From Psilocybe cubensis (lineage: Eukaryota), in contig CM039009.1 in the NCBI GenBank assembly GCA_017499595.2, positions 1,488,001 to 1,552,000 on the forward strand: a stretch of DNA of 64,000 nt, in the 5' to 3' direction. Positions 51,615 to 64,000 of this stretch are shown here, piece after piece (position 1 is the first letter of the stretch; every line of letters starts with the position of its first letter). The position numbers and the translations under genes were made by a program. The notes below the pieces were generated by a model. That model was not told the DNA's origin and did not search any database. It worked only from the letters and a program-made list of their open reading frames with translations.

Positions 51615-52639
51615 TTTAGAGTGGATACGATGAACTCAAATAAATCATTGCTCGAACGCCACATAGCACTCATGACTCGAGTCCGTTGTATGGCCGCAGA
51701 TGTCATCGTAGGCTCGATGCTAGTCAATTATTTATCACTACCGCTCATGAAGATATAATTATCCATCAAAAATTGGATGTACAGCATGTCAGAGAGTGAT
51801 AAGTATGGCCAGACAACGGAATGACTTAGGTATATAAACAGGTATTCAGGCATTCTAGCGCTTCCCGCTCGAATGTCTGACTTTCCAAACTGAAATCTCC
51901 ACGCTGTTTTGAATAAGCCGGTGTGATAATTATTTCAAGTTTCATCTACAATTCGGGATCCGCCGGGGATAATGATGCCATCAATTTGCATTTGGAAACG
52001 ATTGCCCACGCTGCTCAAAACCGTTGCCCAATGGCAACAAGCGATGCCTCGACGAAACCACGATGTTGATGTTGTCGAGACTCGAAAGGCCCTAATTTCC
52101 TGATTCTGCTCTCTATGCTTGCTTTGGGTCATTGAGAAAACTTTCTGTACCGATCTCTCTGGCTACCAACAATGAGTAATTAAAAGATGGCTGTGACTGT
52201 CAGGAGATTATCCCGTTTCTCAAAAGCATGTTGCTCGAAGTTAAGTCAATTCGATATTTTGGTTCACATTTGAAGAGTTTTCGGGTCAAAATTTGATGAG
52301 CACTTGTCACTGTCAACGCTGATGAACTTTTTCCATGCTAGTTTCGACTTTTTAGGCGTTCCGGTTTTGACTTACGAGCTCGATGGAATCGCATTCCAGG
52401 TGTTAGCCGTCTTAAATATAGAGCTGCCGCTCTTTACAAATTCCATCCGATCATTCAAGAAAGCCTGAAAAGATGGGTAACTGTCCTGCTCGCCCTTCCC
52501 TCTTCCCTTCCAATTTCCCATTTCCCATCTATATTCCTCTCCACAACTCTTAGGTATAGACCGTATATGCGCACAAATAGTACATTTGGAGACGTGCACA
52601 TAGAGTTCAATCCCTCTCGAACAATTGACCTACTCACCC

Positions 52640-54294
52640 ATGCTCGATTCAATACTGGAACACCTTCAAGCTGTGGGTTCTTCATCAGAAACTGGACCCG
52701 CAAGAGCAGCATTAAGTGTAGGATTTGTTGGTTACACTATCTTAGTGAGTTTCTTATTGAAGCTTGAATCAATCTACTGTTACACTACAGAACTGACATT
52801 GAACTTTGCTGGGAACCGATTGCCTCAGATCTACGACTATTTTTGTACTCTACAGACCGAGGTGAGAGTCCTTCATTATTCCTAATCGTGTCAATTACCA
52901 TTCTAATATCTTATAACAATATTCAAAGGTTGACACTGCATGGACGCGTCCACGGTCAATAGGGTTGACTTTATTCTTCCTTAATCGATATTTGCCTGTG
53001 TTGGATATTTTTTTCTTTCTGCGCCGTACGTCGATTATGGTCACTGACTTGACTAAATAATCACTGATTTGTATTCCAGCCTTATTGGCTGGAGATGTGT
53101 CTCAGAGCGTGCGTGTTTTCTTACTTCAAAATGTAGACCGGACGTCTTTATATCCCTTGTAGGAATGTAAAATTGTTTATCCGACTACTTTCTGTATGTA
53201 CATCGGCTTGGGTGACTTGCAGTGATCTCATATTTGAAGATCCTCGACAGGGCTTGTCACGCTTGGTCTGATCTTATCTCAGTGTTTGCATTTCGCTATC
53301 ACTGTTGCGTACTTAGCTTACCTGTCACATTAGGTATCTTGATTCTTCGAACATATGCAATATGGGGGTGTAGGAAGCTGGTACTGTGGATCATGGGACC
53401 TTTCATGATGGTAAGATGTTCAGAAATTCGATTCGTTTTCAAAGTCGAAGAATTTACTTATTGGTATCAGATAATCTTCAGTACCATGCTCGCTGCCACC
53501 TCATGGAAGACCTACCTCGATTATAAAAAAATCCAGACCTTTTCGTTGGACTTGCCCATTCCAGATGCCTTGAAATGCAAAATCGCATTTCTCACCATCG
53601 ACAATCGAGGACGCGTAGCATTGCTTGTTATTTATGCCATGGTGTTCTCGGGAGAAGCGTGTGAGTCAACATGAAGTACCAAGTCGACGGATGATTTCTT
53701 TATTAACGTTGTGCAGTAATTGTTGGATTAACAATAATCCGAGCTAGCTATGACGGTATGCCCACCCATTTCTCAATTTAACATGAATTGCATGACAAAT
53801 GTCTCCATTCCATCAGTTGATAGGTTCACCCCACGGTGGGTTGTTCAGTTATATAAAAACGGCATACTGTACTGTGTCTGCATGCTCAGTAGGTCCCTAT
53901 CAATCAAATATAAGTGTAGGAATAACGACCTGTACACTCGAACTCAGCCCTTACCCTAGCAAATATTAGTGTGGTATTCGCAGCGCCGGTACGTACAATT
54001 CTTTTCATGACATGAGGTTATTCTAATGAAGAAAAAAAGTATGCTTTTAAACCCGTCCTCCTACCCATGCAGCGTTCCTTACACTCAATTTTTGCCAACC
54101 GTGTAATGCTCTTGATATTTCGCCAACGGAGAAATAATGCTCTCAATGCTATAGAGGATAATGGTCAGCAGCGCCCGGCAACATTTGCGACGAGCACCAT
54201 GGCTGTGTTCACGACCGCAAACGTTGTGAATCTGGAGAATGAATTTGGTCAGACCTCATGGCAGACAAGGGCACAACTGGAATGGTTTCAGTGA
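52640..54294 (+). CDS. Multi-exon DUF6533-type multi-pass membrane protein
   Basis: VGYTIL/IYDYFCTLQTE/VDTAWTRPRSIGLTLFFLNRYLP...ILILRTYAIWG...NRVMLLIFR. Confidence 0.82.
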
Positions 54295-54411
54295 AGTATG
54301 TTTATGTTTATAGTACTGACTAATTTGTTACATGTATATCAGAAAATTAAGTTAATTATCATGACAAAACACACTGTGATCAGGCCTGGAAGCTCGAGAA
54401 AACAGAGATAG

Positions 54412-56341
54412 CTATGCTTCAGGCAAAGGCCGTCTGCGGCGTGTTGTGATGTTTGGTGTAGCCTCGACGTATTTCAGCAAGCTTGAGACGTCTTGATTTT
54501 CGTTGTCACTGCTGGAAGTAAGCATAGTACGCATTCCCACAAACATCATTTTGGTAAAGCCTGTCTCTAGAGTTGGTAGGCGTTGGCAAGATAGTGGCGC
54601 AGAATAGCACGTTATGCATTTTACAATTTCCTTGTAAACTTCCCTGGAGTATTGTCCGGGAATAGTGGCGCATTTAACACCTCGATGGCTTTCCAACACG
54701 GAGGCCCTGATATCGATGCTGTCAATATTGGGCATATGGGTCAGTGTTGTATCAAGAAAAAGTGTCTGTGCCATCATGAGAGTCGTTATTTTGGGCACTT
54801 GACAATAAAAAATTAGATAACTTACTACTGCGTCTTGTTGTGAAAGAAGGGGTGCTTGAATGTTGCTTGTAATTGACACCAACTTCAAATCGGATAGTTT
54901 GATGGAAACGGCCAGGTGTCTTAGCTTTGTTAGAGTCGAAATTTGTTTACTGTTGCGGGAGCTGAAGCACCATTCGCCCTCGTAGTGTGGTAGGACACGA
55001 AGCAATTCCAGTGAGTTGGCATGGCTCTTGAGGGTCGAATTAAAGAACCTAATAGCCATGGCATCGGATGTGGCGCCTTCGTCAAACCCTCCTGGAATTA
55101 GACTCAGTTCCTTCAGCCCTGAATACGATGAGAGGTAATCAAGAAGCGATTTCGGCACTCCGCCAACGGCAATCTTTTCCAGATGGATCCCAGTCGAAAT
55201 GAGTTTCTGCCAAATTTCTTCAGTACTCGATCCGTAAAGCTTCCGTTCCTGAATGAGTGGCTGACGTTTTTCATCAAAAAAGTAACCGCGCTGGACAAGA
55301 CGGGGGGACATATAGTTCGGATCGTCAACGTGTGTGATGCTTAAAGTTGTCAAGCATTGTAGGTGTCTTATGTTAATGTCGTCTAGACGTATAAGAAAAT
55401 ACTTCAATTTCAAGCTTCGGAGGCGAAGAGGTGCCGTCGTCGAGCAATATTTGAATAGTTGGTGAAGGCTCTGGTATCTATTGGCCTCGGGTCGTCCAAA
55501 GTGTGAGATACCGGTAACTGTCAGTGATTTTAGATCCGGATTTTGAGCAATGGCTTTGGCAAGGTTTTCAAGAATTTCGTCTTGTAGAAGTGGCGAGGAT
55601 TTAACTGTTGACACAACTAGCTCGTCAAGACCTCTAAACATATCTAGTTCCAGCGGGATTTGGAATTTGCAAAAATGAATCTCAAGGGAGCGTAAGTTGG
55701 GCAGAGATTTCAAAGCGTCCAAAATATGTCTATAGACAGGGTCGCCATCATATTTACCAGGCGCCCATCTTTTAAGTGCGAGAAAACCATCAGAGATTCA
55801 GAATTTTCATGTAAGAACAAAGTAGTTATGTACTTACTTAACTCGGTATAACCCCCTCATGGAAGTAATAGCATCGAAAAGATATTGATTCAGCCTCTCT
55901 TCAGCTTTGACCACCTCAGGAGGAGGTTTAGGGAAGGGAACGGGAACCCATTGATTGGTTTGAACGTCATATACGGAGTAGTGGAGGAATGTTGGATCAT
56001 TTAACGGTGAAAGTGACCCGATAGAAAGTTCCCGCACTGCTGAAGTAGCACCACACCCCTTTGATAGCGCCTCGATTTTTTGAACCCCGTCTTCCATGTT
56101 CAATCTTGATATCTGTAAGTCCAGTGTCCGAAACATTCGATACAGCAGGAGGTCAGCCATGACTTTACACGTTAGGCGAAGATTCTTGATATCGGACAAT
56201 CCGAGCTGTTTACATGACCAATTTGTATCAACCACCAAAACCTGGACGTGATTTTATAGTACCCACCTCTTGACCGATGGATTGGACTATTTCAGGTGCC
56301 AGAGATGGTAGTGTGTGTTTCCTTTGATAGAAGAGCTTCAT
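54412..56341 (-). CDS. F-box/LRR-like (RNI-like) protein, apparently intact
   Basis: MKLFYQRKHTLPSLAPEIVQSIGQE/LGLSDIKNLRLTCK; later LRR-like LxxLxL repeats (LPNLRSLEI, LKSLTV, LRLRSLKL, SGLKELSL). Confidence 0.82.
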
Positions 56342-56730
56342 GATGCAGTGTACAGAGGTCTTTCAAACAGATTGTACTGGTTAATCACTGATTAGTGTGT
56401 GGATAGTGTGAGGAAAACGAGAGAAACGTCAAGATTTTAAATCACCACTGTCGTGGAGAAAGGTATGCTCAACGTGAGTCACATTGACGGACACCCTGCC
56501 AATCATTCAACTTGGGCGGGCAATGTATTTTTATTACCCTGCAGAATCACGCACACCACATGCCTGAGATCCTCCAATTGAGCTCCCCAGGTTTAAGCAT
56601 CGGTTTGAAGTGCTAATCCTTCTGATACCCTGTTCCTCCCGTGCACATTGAATCACACACTTCTATAAACACGCACGTCGTTTATCACCCACGCTCAAAC
56701 CCGCCATCGGGTAGCACCCATGACCAATGA

Positions 56731-57070
56731 CAAGCCGCTCGCGCATTCTGCAAGGTAGTCACTCTCCCTCCCGGCCAATTAGCAGACACCATCACGATGT
56801 ATATTTTTGCCGATAACGAATACACGCTTTACATCAACGGTCGAGTTGTAGGTTCTGGACGCAACTATGTACTGGGCACGAATACTGTCCCAATAGCCCA
56901 GTGATACCAGGTCGACTTTGAACCGAGCAATCTATTACCATCGCCGCCTATGCCCACAATGACAATGGCCCGGTTTCTCTTCTAGTTTCAGGTCAAATCA
57001 AGGGTTGTGGGTGTGGTTGCGGCACAACTGCATTTGTGAGCACGGACTCCAGCTGGAGGTACAGCACCGA
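56731..57070 (+). pseudogene. Remnant of a mushroom beta-sandwich lectin-like gene (Pleurotus Ca-dependent lectin type)
   Basis: ARAFCKVVTLPPG...IFADNEYTLYINGRVVGSG...AQ*YQV, then a frameshift to ITIAAYAHNDNGP...VSTDSSWRY. Confidence 0.6.
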
Positions 57071-57689
57071 GCAGAGGTCCTATTGTGTCGCATGTTACCC
57101 AGTCTGGTAGATACAAAAAGTGGCAGTGATGCGAATTATAGTGTTTTACTGAGCATCTGTGGCAACGTTGTGGGTATGGCGCGAGAGGTAAGGGTGAGGG
57201 ATGATTGTAGTGGTTGTGTACAGAAAGAGCAAAAAACCGAAATGTGATTAGATGCGCATTTCGGCTACTTCCCGGTAATTAAAAGCTCTCTTGACTCCGA
57301 GTCGTCTCTTTTAGCTTGACTTTCCATCCCTCCTTGGATCAAATGTAACCTCCCAATCTAAATTGGTCCCACCTGCGTTTCAATAAGACACCTGTACAAT
57401 TTGTCGCAATCGCACTTTGTCTACGTCGACAACGCGAGCGGATGTGCGCGAACCCTATGGCGCTCAGCTCAGACGGGCTTTACATATCCAATCACCGATC
57501 GCCCAGAATCATTCCAGTCACTTTGTACTGTACGCTAAGTTCTCGGGAACTCATAAGGTGTGCGTTAATATTTGTGCAACGTTCCTGACGACGGGTGCTT
57601 GAATAGGTATGTCTTCGTTCAATACCTGCTTTTTATTCTCTCCCTCGACTTGATCTTGATCACTCAGTTCACCCTCTATATATCTTTTT

Positions 57690-59400
57690 CAGGCCCAAAA
57701 ATATTACTCCCCGCTCCCCGCAGCACTTGTAGAATGTCAAAAAATCAGTGGAAACAATCAGACATGCCCCACACGTCCACGCAGGCCAACATACCAAGTC
57801 CATGTCTAGACAGGACTCCTGGCTTTTCCTCTAATCACAAGCACGCACGCGTCATCACCTGTAGTTTTTCCAGTAGCAATTACCAGAACTTCTTTGACCT
57901 TTCCCTCATTCAACTACTCAGTCACGACAAAACCAACAGCCGAGGTTGCCTCGACCTTAAAAATAAAATCAATTTCATAAAAACTGGCCTGAATTTTGTC
58001 TCGGAGAAGGATAGGGTGGGGGCTTGGAGCTACGTGTATAAACCATGGTGAACATGGGATCGTGAAGATTATGCTAGTGAGTCGTGGCTCGTGTTCTTTT
58101 CGCATCATCTTACAGACCGTATGCTAAGTGTTTGTATGCTACTTATTACACAAATTATTTTTCGTTGATTATCTTCTATGTGCTGGCAGTGATTTGCGTA
58201 CACAACTGGGATAGAGCAACGGACGAGGAAGAAATCATGTTCGACGCTCAAAGCCCATATTGTGAACTCACGCTGGGAATTTTGGTGAGTGTTTTTTGAA
58301 CTCAACTGTGGCGACTTTATCAACTCGAATGACTTGCAAAGTAAGGACGACTATGTGTTTTTGACCGTCTCTGTTAGCCCAGCATCTACCCCGCCATTTC
58401 TGGTTTGTTGTGTCATGTCTTTATCACGCGTGTACTGGCGACATACAAAGATCCGTTTTGGGGAATCGTAATTCCCTTTTGGTCAAGTGGCTGACAGCAT
58501 GTCAGAGATCGAGGGAAGCTGGAAGCAAACAAGAACATACCCTCGGAGGGTATAAGAATTGGACGGTTGAGAACAGAGATTCCCATCGTCTCTTGACACT
58601 CTTCCACCATCATCTCAACACATTTTCGAAGAGTTCTTCTTATACATTTGACAATTCCTCTACATACTTTGGCTCTTATTCAAACAAAGTAAGTTACAGT
58701 CAACCCGCCTTCATCAAACTGTCTAATAACATTATTAGGTAGCACATTTATTACCCCGCCTTGAGCTATCTTCACCGTAATCGGCCTGGCAACTCCCCAC
58801 ATGCGTAAGTCCATCTCGCCTAGGTCAAAATTGTGCTAACAACGTCCCACAGTAATTTTATCAACCCGCCTTGGACCAACCAACGTTTGTCCCATCCTCT
58901 GAAAGCCACTAACCAACCCCACACAACGCAGGCTCGCTCGCACACAACGGTCAAGAAGCCCAGCACAGAAGTATACCACTCCATTCAGGTCGCGTATCTT
59001 CAGTCTGCTGGTGTCAGGCTGGAGTGCGCGATTGTCTTGTGACATGCGGGGCAGTTGAAATTGACCCTACCCGCTCGATGTGTGGCACCCCCCCGCCGCC
59101 ACCCCTGTAATTGGGGGTCGTGGAAACCAGGGGGTGAGGTACGGAGTGCTGGTTGGTTCGCCCACCCCCCTAAGCAGTAGCGGTAGACTTGCAGGACATC
59201 GTCGCTTCTACCGTGAATCGCAGGGGTGGAGATTGATAAAAGCTTGCTTTGGACCTTGTGTGCTGGGTGGGCTTGGGCGAGTGGTGGTTGGCGTGGGGTA
59301 AGTTTGTTTTTTTTTTTTTTTTGCTTTTCTTTGATAACATTGGCTTATTTCTTTTGTAGCCTCAGACGACAACCAACACGATACTGCACACCCTTTGATT
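57690..59400 (+). other. Degraded spliced sequence of unknown origin (gene or transposon relic)
   Basis: Several consensus intron-like segments (GTGAGT ~58285, GTAAGT ~58689 and ~58805) but stop codons in all frames; no recognisable domain. Confidence 0.25.
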
Positions 59401-60671
59401 GCGATACTTTAACGCGTTTTATTCCTCGTATTCGACGCATTACGCTTGCTTATTAGTTTATGTGATAGCATCGAAGTCTGGTTGGGATATGGATGGGCAC
59501 TCCTCGGGAAAGGGCACCTTCAGTAAGTCTCGTACAGTACTTGATGTTCCAACTTTTGATATGCAATATTTCTAGCATTCCTCGAGATACTCGAGATCTT
59601 CTTTACCCTGTCATGTATTGGAAAGATCATGACTAGTAAGTTAACTTTCCCTTTATCATGACTGTCTAATTTCTTTCTCGCAAGGCTCGCAGTTTAACTT
59701 TACCTAGGCCCTCCGCAATACATGTACACTGGCAACACATCAACGCCAGTCATTCAGTCATAGCCCAACAATGGAGCCATCTGGAGTGAAGTCAGATCTT
59801 GGGGTACCTGTATTCCGCTTCAGCTGTGAGTCCGCCCGTTGATCATCCTCAATAAGCCTTATTGCCTAATTACTGTTCCCCAAGTTTTTTTCTCCTTTTT
59901 TGTTTTCGTTTTCGCGTTTAGCTTCTTTTTTTTCTTTTAGTTTTGCTCTCAAAGTAGTCACAAGGTTATGTGTCAGGGTCTTTGCGTCGAAAGATCTCTT
60001 CTCTGGTGAGTAAAACCTGTCCCTGCCATAATTCATCGTCTCACTATCTTATTCCAGGTTTTCAGGACTTGTACTCCTATCACATGTCACTAAATTCTTG
60101 CCTTCGTCATCACAAGAACACTGAAGGCCTAGGAGGTCATTATATCTGCCACAAAAGTCCCCGAATGCATACAAGCAGTCATCGTCAAATGATATTCAAT
60201 ATAAATCTCAAAGCACGCCATCGCCCCCGATGCCACACTAATAGAGCGCCTCGAGCTCAGAGCTTTGTCGAACACCCGAGTCTAAAGAGATCTGATGTGT
60301 TGGACCTCATTATTCTATGTAAGTCGTCCCTCTTGTTTTGTTACAATGTGAATACTAAGTTTATTAGATTCTCTGTTTTTCTCTTTTTCTTTTTAGATAG
60401 ATGCACACGTTTTTTCTGCTACCGTTTGTAGTCCCAGTGAAATCGTCACTCACCACGCTGGATGTATTAACAACGCTTTGTTTGCATTGCCTCATACATT
60501 TTGACCTTTTATTCTGTCTTATAACGGGCATTTTTTCATTCTTTTCAAAGACATTTCATGACTCGTAGGTTAGATTGCGTCACTGTAACGTCTAATAGGA
60601 CAAGCTTTGGGCTGTTAATGCCATGATTACTTGATTCGGGAAAGCCAATGTGATGTACTCAACTGGTCAAA

Positions 60672-60708
60672 GGTGTTGGGGGTATCTTTGAAAGATACCC
60701 CCAACACC
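60672..60708. repeat. Perfect inverted repeat, 18-bp arms with a 1-nt spacer
   Basis: GGTGTTGGGGGTATCTTT-G-AAAGATACCCCCAACACC. Confidence 0.9.
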
Positions 60709-61709
60709 CGACTACGCTAACGAGTACCCGACTCTGGAGTTGCAACGCATGAACGTTGAAACTTGCAACCCAGCCTAGGGTCAGACGGGAGCTGTCCAAA
60801 AGGCTACATAGACCACGACTTGGACCACAATCAATAACGCTGCTTGATGTTGATATGGGTGGTATGGTGTTGGGTTTGACGGCACCCCTGGTGTACGGCC
60901 GCTCGAGTAGTGGGTGGTGCCCGACGAAGATGGTGTTTGCTGCGCTTTGGTGAGTGATTCATGTTAGAGTACTGCTGCTTGAAATCATAGGCTTGCATCG
61001 GAGTTGGGCATCCTGTCGCCCTTGTCTCCGCGCTTGATCACAACGCTGAAGACGGACCCGCCTGGCACAAACGGCGCGATGTCGGTGGACGGAACAGTCG
61101 CGTCCATCACGAGTGGAGGGATTGTCGACGTGTTGATGGGCGGAGCTGGTTCTGAAAAACGCCCAGTGTGGGCGCGGCGCGGTATTTGAAATGTCGCATG
61201 CGTGGAGGCAGCGTGAGCTCCAGATCTCCTTTGTTTTTTTAATTTAACGTATGCCGCTAGGTTGATTCGTTTCTTGGGGAAACGGTGCAGCAGACTCCGC
61301 GGTACTCCACAAAAAGCACGTTTGTGCTGCAGGACGCGATCAAGGCAACTAGTCTTGAGGCGTTGTCGACTTCCAAAATTTTGCCTGGTGGCCACTGTGT
61401 GATGGGTGGCGGCCCCCCATATATTGAGTGGAATCCGGAGTTGAATGCCTTATACAAAGACAATCTGATTGTCCTATCTACAATTTCCCAAGAGACAGAG
61501 CTGTAGCATTTCAGTGTTAATCAAAAGCATTAAACTGTGTGAAATGGGATAGCAATGGATTGACGTCAAGTTGGTAGACCCTGCGAGGCAACCAATAACG
61601 GTGTGACGTAAGCAGCCATCGGTGCCGAGTTTGTCATGTCATCCGGAATCCAAAGTTGAACGTAAATCTACCTTGTCTTTCATTCTTTCATCTAATTCGA
61701 AGGCCTGCC

Positions 61710-62627
61710 ATGGTTAGCCTTGCCGACAAGATAGAAGTACACACACTGCCAGAAACTGATGGTGGCAATAATCGGTCACGACCACTGGTTCAAGTCAAAC
61801 CAAGTGTGTAATACTTCCTAATGCCACACAATTACACAGTACTCACAACGTCGTGTTCACCATCGCAGATGCCCCAGAAATTGTTGTGCCAGGAAATATC
61901 TCTAAGAGAAGCCAGAGGAGGCTGAAGAAGAAGAAGGAATCTACAGCTAGGAGTCAGCAAGGTAAGGACCGATGGAACATCATTCCGAGCACACAACGAA
62001 ATTATTTTCTACTTTCATACAGCAGTTGAAGAACGACAACGCAGATCGGAGGATAGCCTTTCTTCCTCTGATTCAAACAGAACCAGTCAAACACAATCTG
62101 AACCACCCGGTAGCATACTCAATGCAAACACTGTGATGGTAAAATCCAAGGCCTTGAATTTGAAGCGGGAGGAATATCAAAAGGAAAGGCTCACTCGGGA
62201 AGCAGAGCGTAATGCGAATGCAGCCCGATTAGCCTCAATAACCGAAGGCATGGCTGCTTTGGATAGGGAGATTGACTCTGACCTCGCAATCATGGATGCC
62301 ACAATTGACGAATTTGCTACCGCTTTGCACGAGGCACAGGAGAAAAATAGATTGCACTGGGAGAAGTGTGACAGGGCGGTACTGACTTTGAAACTACAGT
62401 TTGAAGAACAGAGGGCCCAAATTTGCACAGTGCAACAGGAATGGAAAGAGTTTGACCATCAGATTTCCTCCAAACTGGCCAATTTTAAAGAAGAAATCGA
62501 CGAATTGGCCGCCGTAGTCAGCTTCATTAAGCACCATCGTGTTGAGGTATTGTGTCAAATTTGGGTCTTAATATTGTCTTGACATATATCTTATTAGAAA
62601 AATAATTCCTTTTGCTGGGCTGCTTAG
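61710..62627 (+). CDS. Module gene 1, copy B: coiled-coil protein with a basic NLS-like tract
   Basis: MVSLADKIEV...VKPN/APEIVVPGNISKRSQRRLKKKKES.../...EEYQKERLTREAER...HRVE/KNNSFCWAA*; same three introns as 27546-28483. Confidence 0.7.
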
Positions 62628-63242
62628 AATTTGAGAAACCACGTCAGAGATGCATCTGGCAAGAAAACGGTTGATGTTGATGACAAGAATGGGTTCCTTC
62701 CCTTGTCCTTCCCCTGCTGAAGCCGTTACCGACAATGCACCTACATAAGTCCTATAATCCTTCGTCTACTGCGACTATGTTTACTTGTAGACTTCCACCG
62801 ATTTTATTGCTTTGACAATTATATCTTGTATTGGCCTGCTTTTGCTTTCCAACGTCCTTAGTTATATGTGTGCCAGTTCTGAGTCTAGTCACTACCATGT
62901 TGTTGTTGATCCTATTGTTTACCAATTGTATGAATTCTGTGAACTTGTTTCTCAATCGGAATATGTAAGTTTGGAACAGTAAGCTAACATTGTCTTCCTT
63001 TAGCGGAGAAATCTGCTAGTGGAAAGAGGCTATACTATTTTCTACTAGGTAGGAGGTTGATTAAAAAGCGCAGCATGTGCTTGGATACCTATCTATTCTT
63101 TTCCACACCCATTTTACCACGAACATGAGGAGTGTCGGAGGAAATAGTCATCGATAACGCCAGGTGATGATTTATAAAGACTAATTATAATGAAAGAATC
63201 GACTCCTCTGTTTTTTTCTACCCTTTATACAGGTCATCGAAC

Positions 63243-64000
63243 ATGAAGGTTCTCAAAATCCAGTTACACACCGACAGGAGCACTGATGCTGTCAATCTTC
63301 AAATTGAATGCGGAGGAAAGGATAAAAATCACATTGAAAGGGAATTTATCAATAAGATTTCGAAAAACGCCGGTGTCCCAAAGGCACAAATTCCACGGTG
63401 TGCCGGTAGCCAATTGGTAGTTCCTCTTGAGCCATTAGATCATGAAGGTATGTGGCTTTCTCTCCAATTTATCAAATTACATCGTTGATATAGCTATATA
63501 GTAGGCACTAGTAGCGAGCACAGTGATCTTAAGGCATTTTTAGTCCCGGGCCATTGGTTAGATGGTGAAAGATCGATTATTGTCGAATACTATTCCAATG
63601 TATGGCACCTTTCGCTGGCTGCTCCTTCAATTGAGCATGGGGTCAACGACCATGAAGTTGACAGAGATTTGTGTATGTGTATCTTCTCTGATAAGTGGTG
63701 TATGCGGTCTTCTTATATCTTTGACAAATCTTAGATGAGAGGATGTCCGTAAGAGCCTTCTTCAGTAAAATAAATGAAGGCCAGACAGCCCAAGCTGAAC
63801 CAGACTCGGAGAACATCTCGAACGCGGAGCCTGATTATGAATCATCAGGTGTGTTTATTGTCAGCAACAATTTAATTATTGCATTACTCACATTTACCTT
63901 TGACTATCTACGCAGATAAAAAGAAGCGGAAGAGAGAGAAAACTCGTATGAAGATGGAATCTCTGAAGCAAGCAAGCGGGAGTAGTTCCTTAGCTTCTGC
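63243..64000 (+). CDS. Module gene 2, copy B (5' part; truncated by the window end)
   Basis: MKVLKIQLHTDRSTDAVNLQIECGGKDKNHIERE... near-identical to the exons starting at 26974; frame stays open through four exons to the window edge. Confidence 0.75.

Noticed and set aside
58830-59300. Possible KDZ-associated Cys cluster relic or structured RNA (RNase P/MRP-like) in a GC-rich stretch
   Set aside because: The required Cys pattern and the conserved RNA regions could not be identified.
60750-61500. Minus-strand ORFs (136 aa, 68 aa) that might be retroelement gag remnants
   Set aside because: No zinc knuckle, RT or integrase motif, and no LTRs seen.

Overview
Intron-rich fungal DNA, most likely an agaricomycete basidiomycete (short GT-AG introns of about 50-70 nt, micro-exons, DUF6533-type and SRPK-like family expansions). 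Conserved housekeeping genes form a scaffold: EAF3, mago nashi, SUS1/ENY2, RSM10, a DUF4451/Rua1-like gene, a p24 cargo receptor and a GVP36-like BAR protein. Fast-evolving duplicated material is interleaved with them: a divergent CK1, two SRPK-like kinases, an 80-aa His-rich orphan, a stand-alone PARP-like ADP-ribosyltransferase, two F-box/LRR-like genes (one frameshifted), two tandem PY-motif membrane proteins, DUF6533-type genes, a lectin pseudogene, a three-copy ~800-bp tandem repeat and two non-autonomous TIR elements with TATG...CATA ends. The best candidate for an undescribed system is a two-gene module present twice in inverted orientation (24.9-28.6 kb minus; 61.6-64 kb plus, truncated by the window edge). 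Its second gene encodes a coiled-coil protein ending in an R-x-x-G-N-x-A-A-H (HEPN/DUF4145-like) motif. All gene models were spliced by hand and all family calls come from motif recognition; no database searches were run.
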